Source: Octopus bimaculoides (Eukaryota). Taken from it: a stretch of 64,000 bases of DNA. Every line of letters begins with the position of its first letter. The first letter of the stretch is position 1. The notes under the pieces are model-generated. The model had not been told where the DNA came from, did no database searches, and saw only the letters and a program-made list of their open reading frames with translations. The stretch is from the NCBI RefSeq assembly GCF_001194135.2, contig NC_068989.1, positions 41,429,586-41,493,585 on the forward strand, given 5' to 3'. The translations under genes were made by a program, and so were the position numbers. Shown here piece after piece: positions 1-13,354 of this stretch.

Positions 1-194
1 GTAAAAAATTTTTATGAAAAAGTGGAAAATGTGGATTTCTATAAACTTTCAAAAAGGCTTCACACAGACACACAACTTCAGATTTATATATTAAGATATC
101 GAATTATTCATTACAAGATTTACAGATATAAGAGTTAGAACTTGTGATCCGCCTGCGGACCTTTTTCTTTGGAAATTTTTGCCCGCCACAGTAA

Positions 195-2848
195 AAAGAC
201 CTTAGTTAAATGAATGAATACCCGGACAAGATCCATATTCTGTTCATGGCACTTCTCTTGCAGCTGTCTCGCTGTGAAAATCATATCCATTGTTCCTCTT
301 CCAGATCGGAAACACATTGAGATTGAGATAGCACATCATTTACAAGACACCTATTCAGGTGGGTAAGAAAAATACTTGCCAGAACCTTGCCAGTAGCTAA
401 TAGTAGAGCAATACCTCTTTAGTTACCACACGCTACTCTGGCTCCCTTTCCTTTATAGAGAGCAAGAACAATTGCGTCCTTCTAGTCCTTAGGTATTGTA
501 CCATCCCTCCAGATTACACCAATAAGTTTATGAAGGGACTGTGTGATTTGATCACTACCAAATCGCAGGACCTCAGCACAAATACCATCCTTACCAGGTG
601 CCTTCTATTGAGGGTGTGGAATTTAAGGAGCTAATGACAGGTCTCTGTTGCATAGTGCCAATCACTGCTTTGTCCACAACTGACTCACGGTTTAGGAGTT
701 CAGAAAATGTTCAATCCAGCGATCCGTGATCTCTGTTGATTTAGTAAACAGAGTAGAAGACTCCTTGGAAAGCAAAGGAGCTGATGCAGAGCTTTTAGGC
801 CCATATACTTGCTTCATAAGATGGTAAAGCATCTTGCTGTCATTTGCATCAGCAGCAGCTTTAACATCACGAGCAAGATCCTCCCGTCAGGAATTCTGCA
901 CCTTCCTAAGAGATCGCTGCAGTAGTGATTTTACACTGCTGTAGTGGGCAGGTGCTAGATTTCGCACAACTGAAAGTCTTTTGTGCAGTAATACATTGTG
1001 GGTATGATGCTTTGCGACTAGCAGTCGCTGAAGTTCAGCATCATTTTCATCAAACCAGTCTCTGTGTCTGGCAGTAGCATATCCCAGTGTTTCAACAATA
1101 CATTGAAAAACCTGGTCTAAATAATCTTCCCACGCTGTAGTATTTTTGATGCTGCATAAACGATTCTGAAGCTCTTTCCTCACCACAGCATCATATATCT
1201 TATGGACATTCAGATGCCGAAGAATGCCAACTGGCCCTCTTCCTTCTTTCATTCTGATCATCGTTCGGAATTTTGCTCGCACCGGGCTGTGATCCGTCCA
1301 GCTCTCCGAACCATGAAAGAACTTGACATTACAAATGCCTTAGATGTCGCGTTTGCGAATGATGACATAATCCAGCATGTGCCAAACTTTAAACCTTGGG
1401 TGCATCCAAGTTGTTGTGTGATCACTTCTGTGCATAAAATGAGTGCTTGCGATGTAAAGTCCGTATTCCTTACAAAGCTCCAGAAACATGGAATCATTGC
1501 TATTCATCTTCCTTATGCCAAAATGTCCAAGAGAGTTCCACGTCTGTGCCAACTCTGGCATTGAAATCTCCCAGTAGAATGACTTTATCAGAATTGAGAA
1601 TTTTCCTAAGTATGACTCCCAGATGGGTATAGAAAATAGTTTTATCTTCATCACGACTGGTCAAAGTAGGTGCTTAGGCACTTATTAAAGTAACAAACCA
1701 CCCACCTCTCAGGTTCAAACGTAGAGTCATTAGACGATCATTTATAGGAACAGGAAGCTCCTCCAACTTCTTAAGGATTTCAGATCGAACTGCAAAGTCA
1801 ACACCAGCCTCTCTGCGCTCCTCCTTCGGTTTCCCCTTCCAAAAATAGGTGTATCCACTTCCTACTTCCTCAAGCTGACCATCACCTTCTGCACGAGTCT
1901 CTGAAAGTGCAGCTATATCAGTGTTATAACGATTCAACTCGCGAACAACAAGTGCAGTGCGTCTTTCAGGCCCACAGTCGCTTTTGTTATCCAACTGGGT
2001 ACGCACGTTCCAGCATGAAATAATTAAGTTCCAACCAGATTTTATAAGTATTCTCTTTGCTTTTCAAGTGCAGGATGGACATCCGTCAGTCGCACTAAAC
2101 TGACCAGATAGAAGAAGACAGGCAATTTTTGGTTCGCCTTTACCAGAAACTCTCCGGCCTCTGGGTGAGCAGTGCCCTCCCCAATTGGAGCTGTTCAGAC
2201 ACCCATGTAGCAACCGAATCCCATCGCTGTCTTGGGCGACAAGGAGATGACTATATCTAACATGGGCCGCGTACGTGCAGGCCGCTGACTACAAGCTTTC
2301 AATCCGTCAGGTCTGCATACTTCGCCACCTTCCCATCGTCTTAGGACTTCTGAATAAAAATATGAGAAGCAATGTAGATGTAAAGGAAAAGTCAGCAATG
2401 CCTGCGCAAAGTTTTAGCTCCAATAAGGCTTGCACGACATCTCATAAACCTTCTCCACTCTATTGACATTACCCAGAGACAAGCCGAGGCAAGAAATTTG
2501 GTGCTAATATGAGTTGAAGGTTCAAGGATGTGGGAGCGCCAAAAGATCCCCAAAATATCCAATGCCATTCCCTGCATATCTAGAGACATGGTTCAGCAAG
2601 AGCTAAGGGGTGCCTCACTCCCAATTATCTTCCAGCACACCGGACACAATCCCGGAATCTTTGCGTACCCGAGCTATTGCTAGATAGTCATTGAACCTGC
2701 ACTAGGTTCATCCGGCCTTGTTTTTATTCCTACTGGCTTTAGTCTTATTGGGTTTCTAGCAACCCTCACCAGGCTAGCCTGGTGAGGTTGCCGGTTTAGA
2801 CACCGACAACCCGACCATGCAACATGCTCTACTGGGTTCCATGAGAGC
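195..2848 (-). mobile_element. Degenerate RTE-clade LINE: long 5' leader, APE endonuclease and start of RT; 3'-truncated
   Basis: Minus-strand ORF pieces 1674-2006 (RELNRYNTDIAALSETR...GYTYFWKG...GV.FAV...NDRLMTLRL, RTE/BovB-type APE), 1340-1654 (THFMHRSDHTTTWMHPRFKVWHMLDYVI), 887-1282 (RHRDWFDENDAE) and 135-317 (FRSGRGTMDMIFTARQLQEKC..FI.LTK, early RT), broken by stops and frameshifts. Confidence 0.88.
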
Positions 2849-2850
2849 CT

Positions 2851-3290
2851 CATACATACATACATACATACATACATACATACATACATAGACACTTGCG
2901 CACATACACACATAATCGCATACATGCATGCACACAAACACATCCATGTACACACGCACACACATATATACACAAACGCAAGATTTTATATACACAAGCG
3001 CAAACACACGAATGCAGATGCGCGTGCACTCACACAAACATACTAACTCACAAATACATACAAGCACAAGCACACACACACTCACACACATACACACACA
3101 TACACATACACACACACATACATACACACACACACATACACATATGAGCCCTCACACACACATACACTCACACACACGCACACAGACATACATATACGAG
3201 CCCTCACACACACTCACAAGTGCACATAAACACCCGCACACACATACACACACACACACACACACATACGCACACATGCATATGCGCATA
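2851..3290. repeat. Compound (TACA)n/(CA)n microsatellite, representative of dozens of CA/TA/CAT/GAT/CAA tracts in the window
   Basis: Directly visible tandem repeats. They explain the HT/VC-rich spurious ORFs. Confidence 0.97.
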
Positions 3291-3594
3291 CACCCTATAT
3301 CATAGGCACAAACTCAGGAATTTCGGTGACAGTGGCAGTGGATCATATCAATTTCAGTACTTAACTTGTTCTTTATCTTGTCTACTCCGGAAGGAGAAAA
3401 GGCAATTGCACTTGACGCATAACTGCTTCTCAGTCAAAGAATGACGAGGTGCAGTATCACGAACAATGCAACCTTGTCATTGCAGCAGGAAGAAATGGCC
3501 ATTCTCGCCGTTAGCGTGTCGTACGCGTTATATGTACTTTTTTTATATACCTTTACTAACTGAATTATTTATTCTTCCTTTATTCTATTACTGT

Positions 3595-3976
3595 GGAAGC
3601 GCAATAGCCCAGTGGTTAGGGCAGCGGATTCGTGGTCATAGGATCGCGGTTTCTATTCCCAGACCGGTTGTTGTGAGTGTTTATTGAGCGAAAACACCTT
3701 AAGTTCCACGTAGCTCCGGCAGGGGATGGTGGCGAACCCTGCTGTACTCTTTCACCACAACTTTCTCTCACTCTTACTTCCTGTTTCTGTTGTGCCTGTA
3801 ATTCAAAGGGTCAGCATTGTCACACTGTGTCACGCTGAATCTCCCTGAGAACTACGTTAAGGGTACACGTGTCTGTGGAGTGCTCAGCCACTTGCACGTT
3901 AATTTCACGAGCAGGCTGTTCTGTTGATCGGATCAACTGGAACCCTCGTCGTCGTAACCGACGGAGTGCCAACAAC
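3595..3976 (+). mobile_element. tRNA-derived SINE
   Basis: Head gcgcaatagcccagtggttagggcagcgg...ggtttctattccc resembles pol III A/B boxes. The 3' part recurs inverted at about 15670-15850 (gggttccagttgatcc...cagcctgctcgtgaaattaa). Confidence 0.7.
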
Positions 3977-6103
3977 ATTCTACTACTCTCTAGAGTAACT
4001 TCTTTCCTAAAACTGTCGGATGTAATTTTTGTCTCTTTCGTAAGACTGGCCATCGGTTGTTAATAACCACTCTCAATACATCTATAACTAATTCGTTAAT
4101 CTTGTCCCTGGATGCCTTCAGCTTCCAGTAAGTTGTTCCCTCTCTATTGAACTTGGTTAAATTGATCGTAGAGATTTTGAATTTGTGGTCCATGGAGTCA
4201 ACTATCAGAAACCGTTGACAATTTACGCTTAACCTTTTGGCTTAAGTAACGGAAACTCTATCTAATTATGACCTGGATAACCTGTTGTAGTTTGTTCAAG
4301 TCCACGTTGACGCATTCGGTGAATCCAGGCGATGTTTGTCGAGTTGTTTGAACTACTTGAGTAGGTTTGTGAGATTTTTTTGCAGACCTTTCTCCTATCA
4401 ATTATTCTCATACGATTTCTGTGTATATTTCCAGGACGTCAATCCAATCACCCTATGATACTAATGAGCTAGATGTTTCATTTACTAACTCTAGAAGCCT
4501 ACAGAAATACAACCATCGAGACCCTGTCGAGGTGTAAACGGACACTAGTCTGAAGACATCTTCCTGGGATTTTTTCTTTTTGGCTCACAGTTTTTGAAAT
4601 TTTAAATTTAAGTGAAAATTTTTAAATCTTGGTATATTGATGTGATTTTACATACTGAATCTGGAAAACAAAAAAGAATTGAAAATTGTGAGCGAAACAG
4701 AAACGATTCCATATCATGACACCTGCTAATCCTGTTCAGGCTTGGGAACACGAGGTGCATGCGAGACAAGCGCACCTCCTAGAATTTTGGTGAGGGCAAT
4801 GAAAACACTTTGAACAACCTGTGCTGGAAGATCCCGCTAAGCAAATTTCATTCCTCATTTATGTGTTCAGAGCGTAAAGATTTCTGATAGATGCATTGCC
4901 ATACGTTTTGATGGAGGCTTCAGTCGACTGAATTGCTCACAGTATTTGACTAATATTTCATTTCATCGACCTCCTGAAAGATTAAAGTAAAGTCAATCCA
5001 AATGGGATTCGAAAGCACGGTTGAAAAGGACTTAAGGTGTATCGTCTGCATTTCTACACATTCTATACAGGAGGTGAATTGGTAGAGTTGCTATAGCGCT
5101 GAAAAGAATGCATCAATGTTTTTGTTTCGATACTCTACGCTGTCAATTTAAACCCCTCTAGGGTCAGCTTCGCTTGTCATCATTTCAAGGTCGATAAAAT
5201 AGCACCAATCCAGGTTGGTGGACTGGCGGGACTGTGAAGAAATTGTCTCGATGTATTTGTCCCAGTTATTTGCGTTCTGAGTTCAAATCCTGCCTTGGCC
5301 AACGTGGGTGGCAGACTTAATCTGTCTCCCAATTTAACACCACCACCTGGTGCCTCTTTAGAAGAGGTTACTATCTTGTTTGGCCATGCCTCCAGTCAGA
5401 AGATACCTTATCAAGAAATCTATATATGTCATTCAACTACGGTAGTAGCTGAATAATATTCTTAAGGTTGCAATTTACTCCCACGCAGCATCTTTCAGAG
5501 CTTGTCACTAATTCAGTTCTTAAGCAAATGGAAAACTGTTAAAATTTTTGAAGAGGACTGGTCCCTAGCTACATTTGGCATGAAAAAAAAATTAAGATTT
5601 GGTCAAGTAGAAAAAGTTTGCATCAAAATTTGTAGCAACATTATGTGAGAGTAAGTAACGCCACCAATCAATTTTAGATCAAAATAACTTTTTTATTTTA
5701 AAAGCAAAATATATTTATCTTAACTTCAATGATAGAAGAAAGCGTGAGGAATTTTATAGTTTTGGTCCCATGCAACAAAAATTTGTATCAAAAAAGTTGT
5801 GAGGTAAAATACTATGAAAAAATATAAGGCAAAAAATTGGATATAAGTATAACTAACTTCTTTATTTTAAAAGCGAACTATATTTTAGTTAAGCTTAAAT
5901 GACAGAGCTCAATTCGAGGTGTTTCATGGTATCAATCTCATGCAATGAAGTTTTAAAAGAAAAAAAGTTATGAGTGTTTGTTTCTCAAATTTGAGGGTGA
6001 TAATATTGTTCTGTACTTTTTTATGAATATAGGTTCTATAAGGGGACTTTTAATATATGTCACCGGCGTCATTTCACCTGGAAAAAAAAACATGGATTAC
6101 ATG

Positions 6104-6927
6104 GGAAAATACGAGCAGGAGAAGTAATATTCTAATATAAACCTGGTAAAGTACAGGACAAGTTATTACACTTGGAAAAGTTCAGGACAATTATTACATC
6201 TGGTAAAGTACAGAACAAGAAATTTTTTACTTAAAATACTGTAGCTAAGAATAAAATTTGAATATTAAAAATTATTTGACTTTAATTTACAAAGTAACAT
6301 TATAATTAAAAAAAGGTACTATCGTTTTGGTAAAATATTGACACACTAAAATACTTAAAAAATGAGAGCTAGAAGTATCAATATAGTTAAAGTTTTATGC
6401 AAAGTAGAATAGTATATATCGTAGGAAAATTCATTATGTAAAAGATAAGCATTGGGTCAAAACTAAACCTGTGAAGACTTAGCAATAACTTAGGCAATAA
6501 CTCAAGCAAATCTTACTGTGAATTTGTTGTTATAGGTAGATTTTACTGTAATATGTAACTAATTTTTGTATTATTCTATTTATTGTACTGACTAATTATG
6601 TACTACTATTATTTTTTATAATCTATTTTCAAATTTCTAATTTTTTATAAAAAAATTTTTTAATGAATTTCTTTAAGTGCAAAAATTATTTTCAGTAATT
6701 TTTTATTTTTAATATAAGTAACAAGTAATAACAAATAGAAGTAATAACTTGTAATAAAATTTTTAGTTTTTTCTAAATCTAAATATTTTATTTGAAATTT
6801 TATCCTTAGCTGCAATATTTTAAGTAAAAATTTTCTTGTTCTGTACTTAACCAGATATAATAACTTATCCTGTACTTCTCCAGATTTATAATCTTAAGAA
6901 TATTATTTCTCTTGCTCGCATTTTTCC
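6104..6927. mobile_element. Old AT-rich foldback/MITE-like element with diverged ~160-bp inverted arms
   Basis: 6104-6270 (ggaaaatacgagcaggagaagtaatattct...ctggtaaagtacagaacaagaaattttttacttaaaatactgtagctaag) is the approximate reverse complement of 6785-6927. No TSD recognised. Confidence 0.7.
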
Positions 6928-8196
6928 TCGACTAATAAAGACAAATCAAGTTGAGCTGGCGTGTGTAGAGTGAAAGCTTTGCGGTAGAAACATGGGAGAT
7001 GAACATACACACACACAAACTATATATATACACATTTAAAAGTCTTTGCAAGAATATCAAAGAATGGAGTTAACTAACTGCGTTTATTGCCTAAAGGTTA
7101 GTTATAATTGTTTAATAAACTTCAATAAAATCAATCTTACGTCATGCCATTGCCATGTCATTTCCATTGGGATATGTTTACCTGTATGTGTATAGAGTGG
7201 GGTGGGGGTGACTATCATCGTTGCTTAAGCCCCTACAGATGTCGCAGAGAACACAGTCAATGCCGACTAATACGACCAGCACCTACACCACTAAGCGTTT
7301 TTTTAGCCTGAGGATTACGTAAAGGCACCAGACGGTTTATAAAATGCTGAGTGTTTTCATCGCATGAAACTATTATATATATTGATATTCTTGTATATCC
7401 TTCTCTTGCGAACTTTGGTGGTCGATTGTTGGATGAAAAGCCTTATAAAATTTAGTTGTAACTTTTACTGGCGCTTTGAAGTTCAAATGCCACGGAGGTC
7501 ATCTACATCTTCTTTCCATGGACGATAAAATTAATGTTTCATTCTATACCAGAAATCAATTTTTTTTTTTACTGTGGTGTTTTTGTTTGTTTGTTTGTTT
7601 GTTTTTAATTTAAAGCATATTTTGTTCCCACCATTACAGGCGCCTCCAGGAGAAACTTAGTAATGCGGGACAAGATTATTTTCGAATCTAAGGAGAAATT
7701 GTACCCTCTCAAAATACAAGGATTCCGAGTTTGTTTTCCCCGGCCACTCACTGAGGAACCTGAATAAAAATAATCACGGATCCCTTTTTTGGTACAGTGT
7801 CTCGGTTGAATTAACCTTTTCTATGTCTTATTTCCCGAACCACCACCATCACCAATGCCATCATCCCATGGAGCTGCAGTTGGCTAAATGGGCAGGTGTA
7901 AATAGAGTGAGAGGAGGAAATCTCAAGCTGAAGAGTCAATGCTTCGCATCTCGTCCGCGGCGCTGCAGGATGTCTGCGACTAAAACAACGAAAGCGCTTC
8001 AACTCCTGGGGGGGAAAAAAAACAAGCAATTATCCCTCAAATTACAGCCAACCACTTTAAATAAAGGATGGGGACATTGAACAACGTAGATCCTTAATGT
8101 AATATACAAAAGAGAGAGAGAGACAGAGACAGAGATAGAGTGAGAAACGGAAAGATTATGACACGAATCCCTTTGGTCGTGGCGAGCCGGCTAGGG

Positions 8197-8493
8197 CAGG
8201 GGTTTTCAAACTTTTTGACTTGTGGACCCCTTTATATTTCAGGCTTTACATTAAGGAGCCCCTTATAAACGCTTATGAAATTTATACATAAATATTTGCT
8301 TAAAATAACATATATTTTTACATTTATTTATTTAACAGTATTTACCAAATAGGTTTATTGTCAATTAAAAGATTTCGATTAAAAAACATATATAAAATCA
8401 AATTGCCCATAAAAAGTATTTGCTGTCCACGGACCCCCTGTCTTGTCCTTGCGGACCCTCTGTGGTCCGCGGACCACAGTTTGAAAACCCCTG
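8197..8493. mobile_element. hAT (Charlie-like) MITE with intact TIRs and 8-bp TSD
   Basis: TIRs caggggttttcaaact / agtttgaaaacccctg; perfect TSD ggctaggg at 8189-8196 and 8494-8501. Confidence 0.92.
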
Positions 8494-8734
8494 GGCTAGG
8501 GGACATATAAATAATCAACCGGCCTACCAGAAATAATAGCCAAATCTCCTCAAATAGCAACAAAGAGGAAGCTCATACTAGATAAACTTGTTCTAGATGT
8601 CTGAATAAAAAAACAAACAGGATTGTCACGGTTGGAACACGTTTCTTCATAGATCGATCTATTATGAGGAGGCGCTTTCATTAGTAGCAGCTGTGTTGGT
8701 AGTGTTGGCGTTGGCGGTTCTGCTTTTAGTTTTG

Positions 8735-8766
<32 letters not shown>

Positions 8767-9196
8767 GGTGGTGATGGTGGCTGTGGTTGTGGTGTTGCTG
8801 TTATCGTTGTGGCTGTTTTGGCGTTGGTAGTGGTGGTGGTACTGACATTGGTAGTAATAGTTTTGGTGGCGGTGGTGTTATCATAACGGTATTTTTGTTG
8901 TTGTTGCTCTTGTTGTTGTTGTTGGTGGTGGTGGTGGTGNNNNNNNNNNNNNNNNNNNNNNNNNNNNNNNNNNNNNNNNNNNNNNNNNNNNNNNNNNNNN
9001 NNNNNNNNNNNNNNNNNNNNNNNNNNNNNNNNNNNNNNNNNNNNNNNNNNNNNNNNNNNNNNNNNNNNNNNNNNNNNNNNNNNNNNNNNNNNNNNNNNNN
9101 NNNNNNNNNNNNNNNNNNNNNNNNNNNNNNNNNNNNNNNNNNNNNNNNNNNNNNNNNNNNNNNNNNNNNNNNNNNNNNNNNNNNNNNNNNNNNNNN

Positions 9197-9253
<57 letters not shown>

Positions 9254-9491
9254 GTGTGTTATGTGTGTGTATACATATATACAAGTACATGTATGTATAT
9301 ATAGATGTGTGTGTGTATGTGTACGTTCTCTATGTATGTATATGGTGTGTGTGTGTGTGTGTGTGTGTGTGTATTTATGTGTATATATGTATACATGTGT
9401 GTATATATATATGTATATGTGTATATACTGTATATGTGTATGTATGTATATAATGTATGTATGTATGTATATAGTGTATATGTGTGTTTGT

Positions 9492-9539
<48 letters not shown>

Positions 9540-10197
9540 GTGAGTGTGTGTGTACACATACCGCTCTCTTTCCTTCCCTCCCTCTTTTTATACCCTTATT
9601 CTTCTAAAAGCATTCTCTTGACCATTGTGTAACGGGGCTGGTAAAATCGTATACTAACATACACACACACACACACACATGTATATATAAGTGTGCATGT
9701 ATGTGTGTGTATGTATGTATGTATGTATGTATGTATACACTCTCACACATTTTCATTACGTGCTCTCCACAAAGAATACAAAACGCCCAATTGGCTAAGC
9801 AATGTTAAGAGGAATGGTTCTCTAACCTCAACACTGACGTCCACTGGTGACAGTGTTCACTTAGAACATAAGTGTTTCAAAAGTTACTACCAACTTCAGT
9901 TGGAGACACAAAACTGACTTCTTTTATTATAATTTATATTTATAGCTTGAAGTAAAGTCTCTCGCAGTTTACTGAAATTATCACCTGTTTTAACTGAGTT
10001 TCTTTCTGGGTACACGTCTGCATATGAAACGCCCCTTATAATCTGTACCCAAGCATTCAACGGGCATCTTTTCTGAATGTCTGACAATACAGTGAAGGAT
10101 AGTATGATACCAGTTGCCGAAAAGAAGAGACAGTAAGAAGAGATTTAGTTGAGGTACATTATTGTGTCTGTGTTGTCGGAGACAAATCAAACAGTCA

Positions 10198-10578
10198 ACA
10201 TGGAATAACCAACATATGTGATCTACCAGTTACCAAGGAGTGACTAACGTAAGAAACCTACCAGTTATCAAGGAGAAACTGATGTGTGCAATCTACCAGT
10301 TACAAACGGAGTAAATAACGTTTGTAGTCTATCAGTTACCATCGAGTAAACAACGTTAATAATCTATTATTTACCAAGGAGTAACCAACGTACGTAATCT
10401 ACCAGTTACCATGAAATTAAATAATGTGTATAATCTGCCAGTTAACATGGAGTCAGCAATGTATGTAATCTACCAGTTACCATGGAATAACCAACGTGTG
10501 TAATCTGCCAGTTATCGTGGAATAACCAAAGTTTGTTATCTACCAGTTACAATGGAATAATCAACGTGTGTAAATCTA
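10198..10578. repeat. ~35-bp minisatellite, ~11 diverged units
   Basis: Recurrent unit approximately aatctaccagttaccatggaataaccaacgtgtgt. Confidence 0.9.
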
Positions 10579-10900
10579 CATGCTTGTGCGACGTGCCTCA
10601 CCTACTTAATTTGTCACGTGACCTATTTCCTCACTAATGCCATGTAACTTGTCTACCAGCTTGTGTCACATGCATTGTCTACAAATCTACCAAAAACCGT
10701 GATTTTTAAGTGTAAGCATTGAACAACAACTACTACTACTACTACTTCCACCATCACCACTAACACCACCTCCACCATCACTACTATTATTCATCCCTAA
10801 ACCTTATTTAGAGGCTAGAAGGTGAAATGAGATTGTATGACGTGTTGTGATGTGAATGCCTTTCTCAAGTGATTTCGAGGCGAAATTTAGCTGAATAAGA

Positions 10901-11074
10901 ATGGCTACAATCAGGAATCCTAAACAGGTTTCAAAGTCAGTTTGTAAAGAGATAACGTCTACCATACAATACTCTCTACAGCAACACCAACAACAACTAA
11001 AGCTACTCTCAAACCGAACTGAACAGCAGAAATATAAACACAAGATACCAATGAGAGTGAAGACACCACAACAA

Positions 11075-11105
<31 letters not shown>

Positions 11106-11971
11106 AACAACAGCAGCAGCAGCAAAAACAACTGCAGCAACAACAACACAAACAACAGCAACAGCATCTGCAGCAAACACAACAGCAGCTTCGGCAACAG
11201 CAAAAACATTTGAAACAAGAAAAACAACAAGAGAAGCAGGTAGTACCACAGCAGCAGAAGCAGCAGCAACAACAGAAATTGAAGCGCCAACACTCCCAGC
11301 TTCATTTTTTGCAACACCTTAAAGGGAAACTCCAAAATAAACAAAAGCAGTTGCAACAGGAGTCTGGCTGGCAGACTGGACTGAAGAAACAACAAAAACA
11401 ACAACAACAACAACAACATCAAGTGCAGCAGCAACAACAAGTGCAGCAGCAAACGCATCTGCCATTACATTGTCGGCGAGAAGACCAGCATCTTCTTTTA
11501 GTCAACCATAACAATAACAGTCAAAAGGAACAACGAAGTTTGATTAAAATCGATGCACGTCTTCGACCACAGGGGGAAGAGAAAGACCAAGGAAAACGGC
11601 AACTGAAATTACATCAACAACAACAACAACAAAAACAACAACAGCAGAAGCAGCAGCAAAAGGAAGAGAAGGATCATCATCATCATCATCAGCAGCAGCA
11701 GCACCAACAACAACAACAGCAACAACAAAAGCAGCCTCAGGATCATAAAGAGTGCCCAGAGATTCCGGTAAATGTTTTGGCGGAGACAGGTGTAGATGTG
11801 ACATCTGGAGTAGTTTGTAAGGAAGTTGGACTTCCGTTACGATATGTACTGACCAACCATACAATGGGACAGACCAAAAAAACTGAACTAGACAAGAATT
11901 CTATTGCAAACGACATGGAATCTCGTGAGAAAGACATTTCTCATGCATTGAAGTGGATTCAACAAGAAATG
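10901..11971 (+). CDS. FAM167: FAM167-like protein, coding exon 1 (polyQ/polyH-rich N-terminus, start of FAM167 helix)
   Basis: ATG at 10901 (aagaATGG) with in-frame TGA at 10892. 357 open codons end ...EKDISHALKWIQQEM|gtgagt, a canonical phase-0 donor at 11972. Confidence 0.75.
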
Positions 11972-13354
11972 GTGAGTAAGATGGATAAATTAACCAATTT
12001 AGCAATCAGATTTTTCTGTCAAACGTTATACATATTCCCTGACATACTTTTGAATTAATCATAAATTATCTCCTACCTTTGGGATTTCAATGATGTGGTT
12101 GTTTATGATTTGAATGATATTGTCAGGTAGGTGTGAGAGACCAGATCTGGTCAGTTTTATTTGAACATAAAATAGTTTGAATGCTAAAGATCAGTTCGAA
12201 TGCTAAAGGGTTAGGCAACTCTCTTATGTTATGAGTTCTTTACATGGTTTTATATTGGCATAGAATTGTTAGGGTACCAGACAATCATCATCATCATCAT
12301 CATTCCAACCGCCACCACTACCATCATCATCATCATCATCATCATCATTGTCATCATCATCATCATTGTCATCATCATCATCATTGTCATCATCATCATC
12401 CTTCCCATCATCACTTGTTTAACCAGCCTCTCACATCTACCTTACAATGTGGTTCTAAAAATAATCAGCCATATCCAGCCCAAGCATTCTACTTGCTTTA
12501 TGTTCGTATTGGCCAGATCCAACCTCTCACGCCTATCCTACAATGTCATTCTAAAAATGAAACAATTACATCATCAAAATCTTGAAGCTGCTAGATAATA
12601 AATGCATGACTAATTCAAGACAATGTCAATAAATAAGCATTCTATTTGATAAAGTATCTGAATGCTAAAGGGTTAACCTTCATTTTTCCACACTTGCATG
12701 GTGCAGGTAAAATTTAGTAATGTAGATTTTTCTACAAACTGGATGCCTTTCCTGTCAACAATCTTCACTTGTTTCCAAGCAAGGTAGAAAAATATTTCAT
12801 CATAGTTGGATGTATTTTTTTTTTTTTTGTCTTTTGTTTTTCCAGAAGATTATAAATTCATGACACCGCTTGCCTGACAGTAACATTTGTTTACAATGAA
12901 CATCATTGTCATATATCGTCAAGACAAGAAGACACAAACACATTCACATGCATGCATATATATTTATGGAGTAATGTGGATAAACTAACTAACTAACTAT
13001 GCTTATATGTACATATCATCATAATCATCATCATTGTTTAACATCTGCTTTCCATGCTGGCATGGGTTGGAAGGTTTGGTTTGCCAGTCCTCAGTCAAAC
13101 CATCCAACTCATGCCAGCATGGAAAGTGGACATTAAATGATGATGATGATGATATTTACATATATACATAGTTAGTTAGTTCATCCACATTACTCCATAA
13201 GAAGCATAAGGCCAATTTCCTGGTTTATCTGGCATATATATCACTCTCTAGATGGGACGACAGTCCATCGCAGGATTACTCACTTTTACCAGCTTGAGTG
13301 AACTGAAGCAATATGAAATGAAGTGTTTTACATGCTTAAATGTCAATATATATA

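Noticed and set aside
2070-2150. ggcgaa J4/2-like motif (minus strand) in the RTE leader suggesting an HDV ribozyme
   Set aside because: No compatible P2/P3/L3 elements could be paired.
8550-9632. Long ORFs rich in IY/HT/VC/X, here and at all other N gaps and microsatellites
   Set aside because: They are artefacts of N runs and dinucleotide repeats, with no domain content.
9896-10190. Minus-strand ORFs (MSDIQKRCPLNAW..., MPVECLGTDY...) with a possible acceptor
   Set aside because: No recognisable homology and no partner exons or donor found.
10198-10578. Possible CRISPR-like repeat array
   Set aside because: Contiguous degenerate units without unique spacers in eukaryotic context; it is a minisatellite.
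10959-11458. Minus-strand poly-L/poly-V ORFs
   Set aside because: Antisense shadows of the polyQ exon of the FAM167-like gene.
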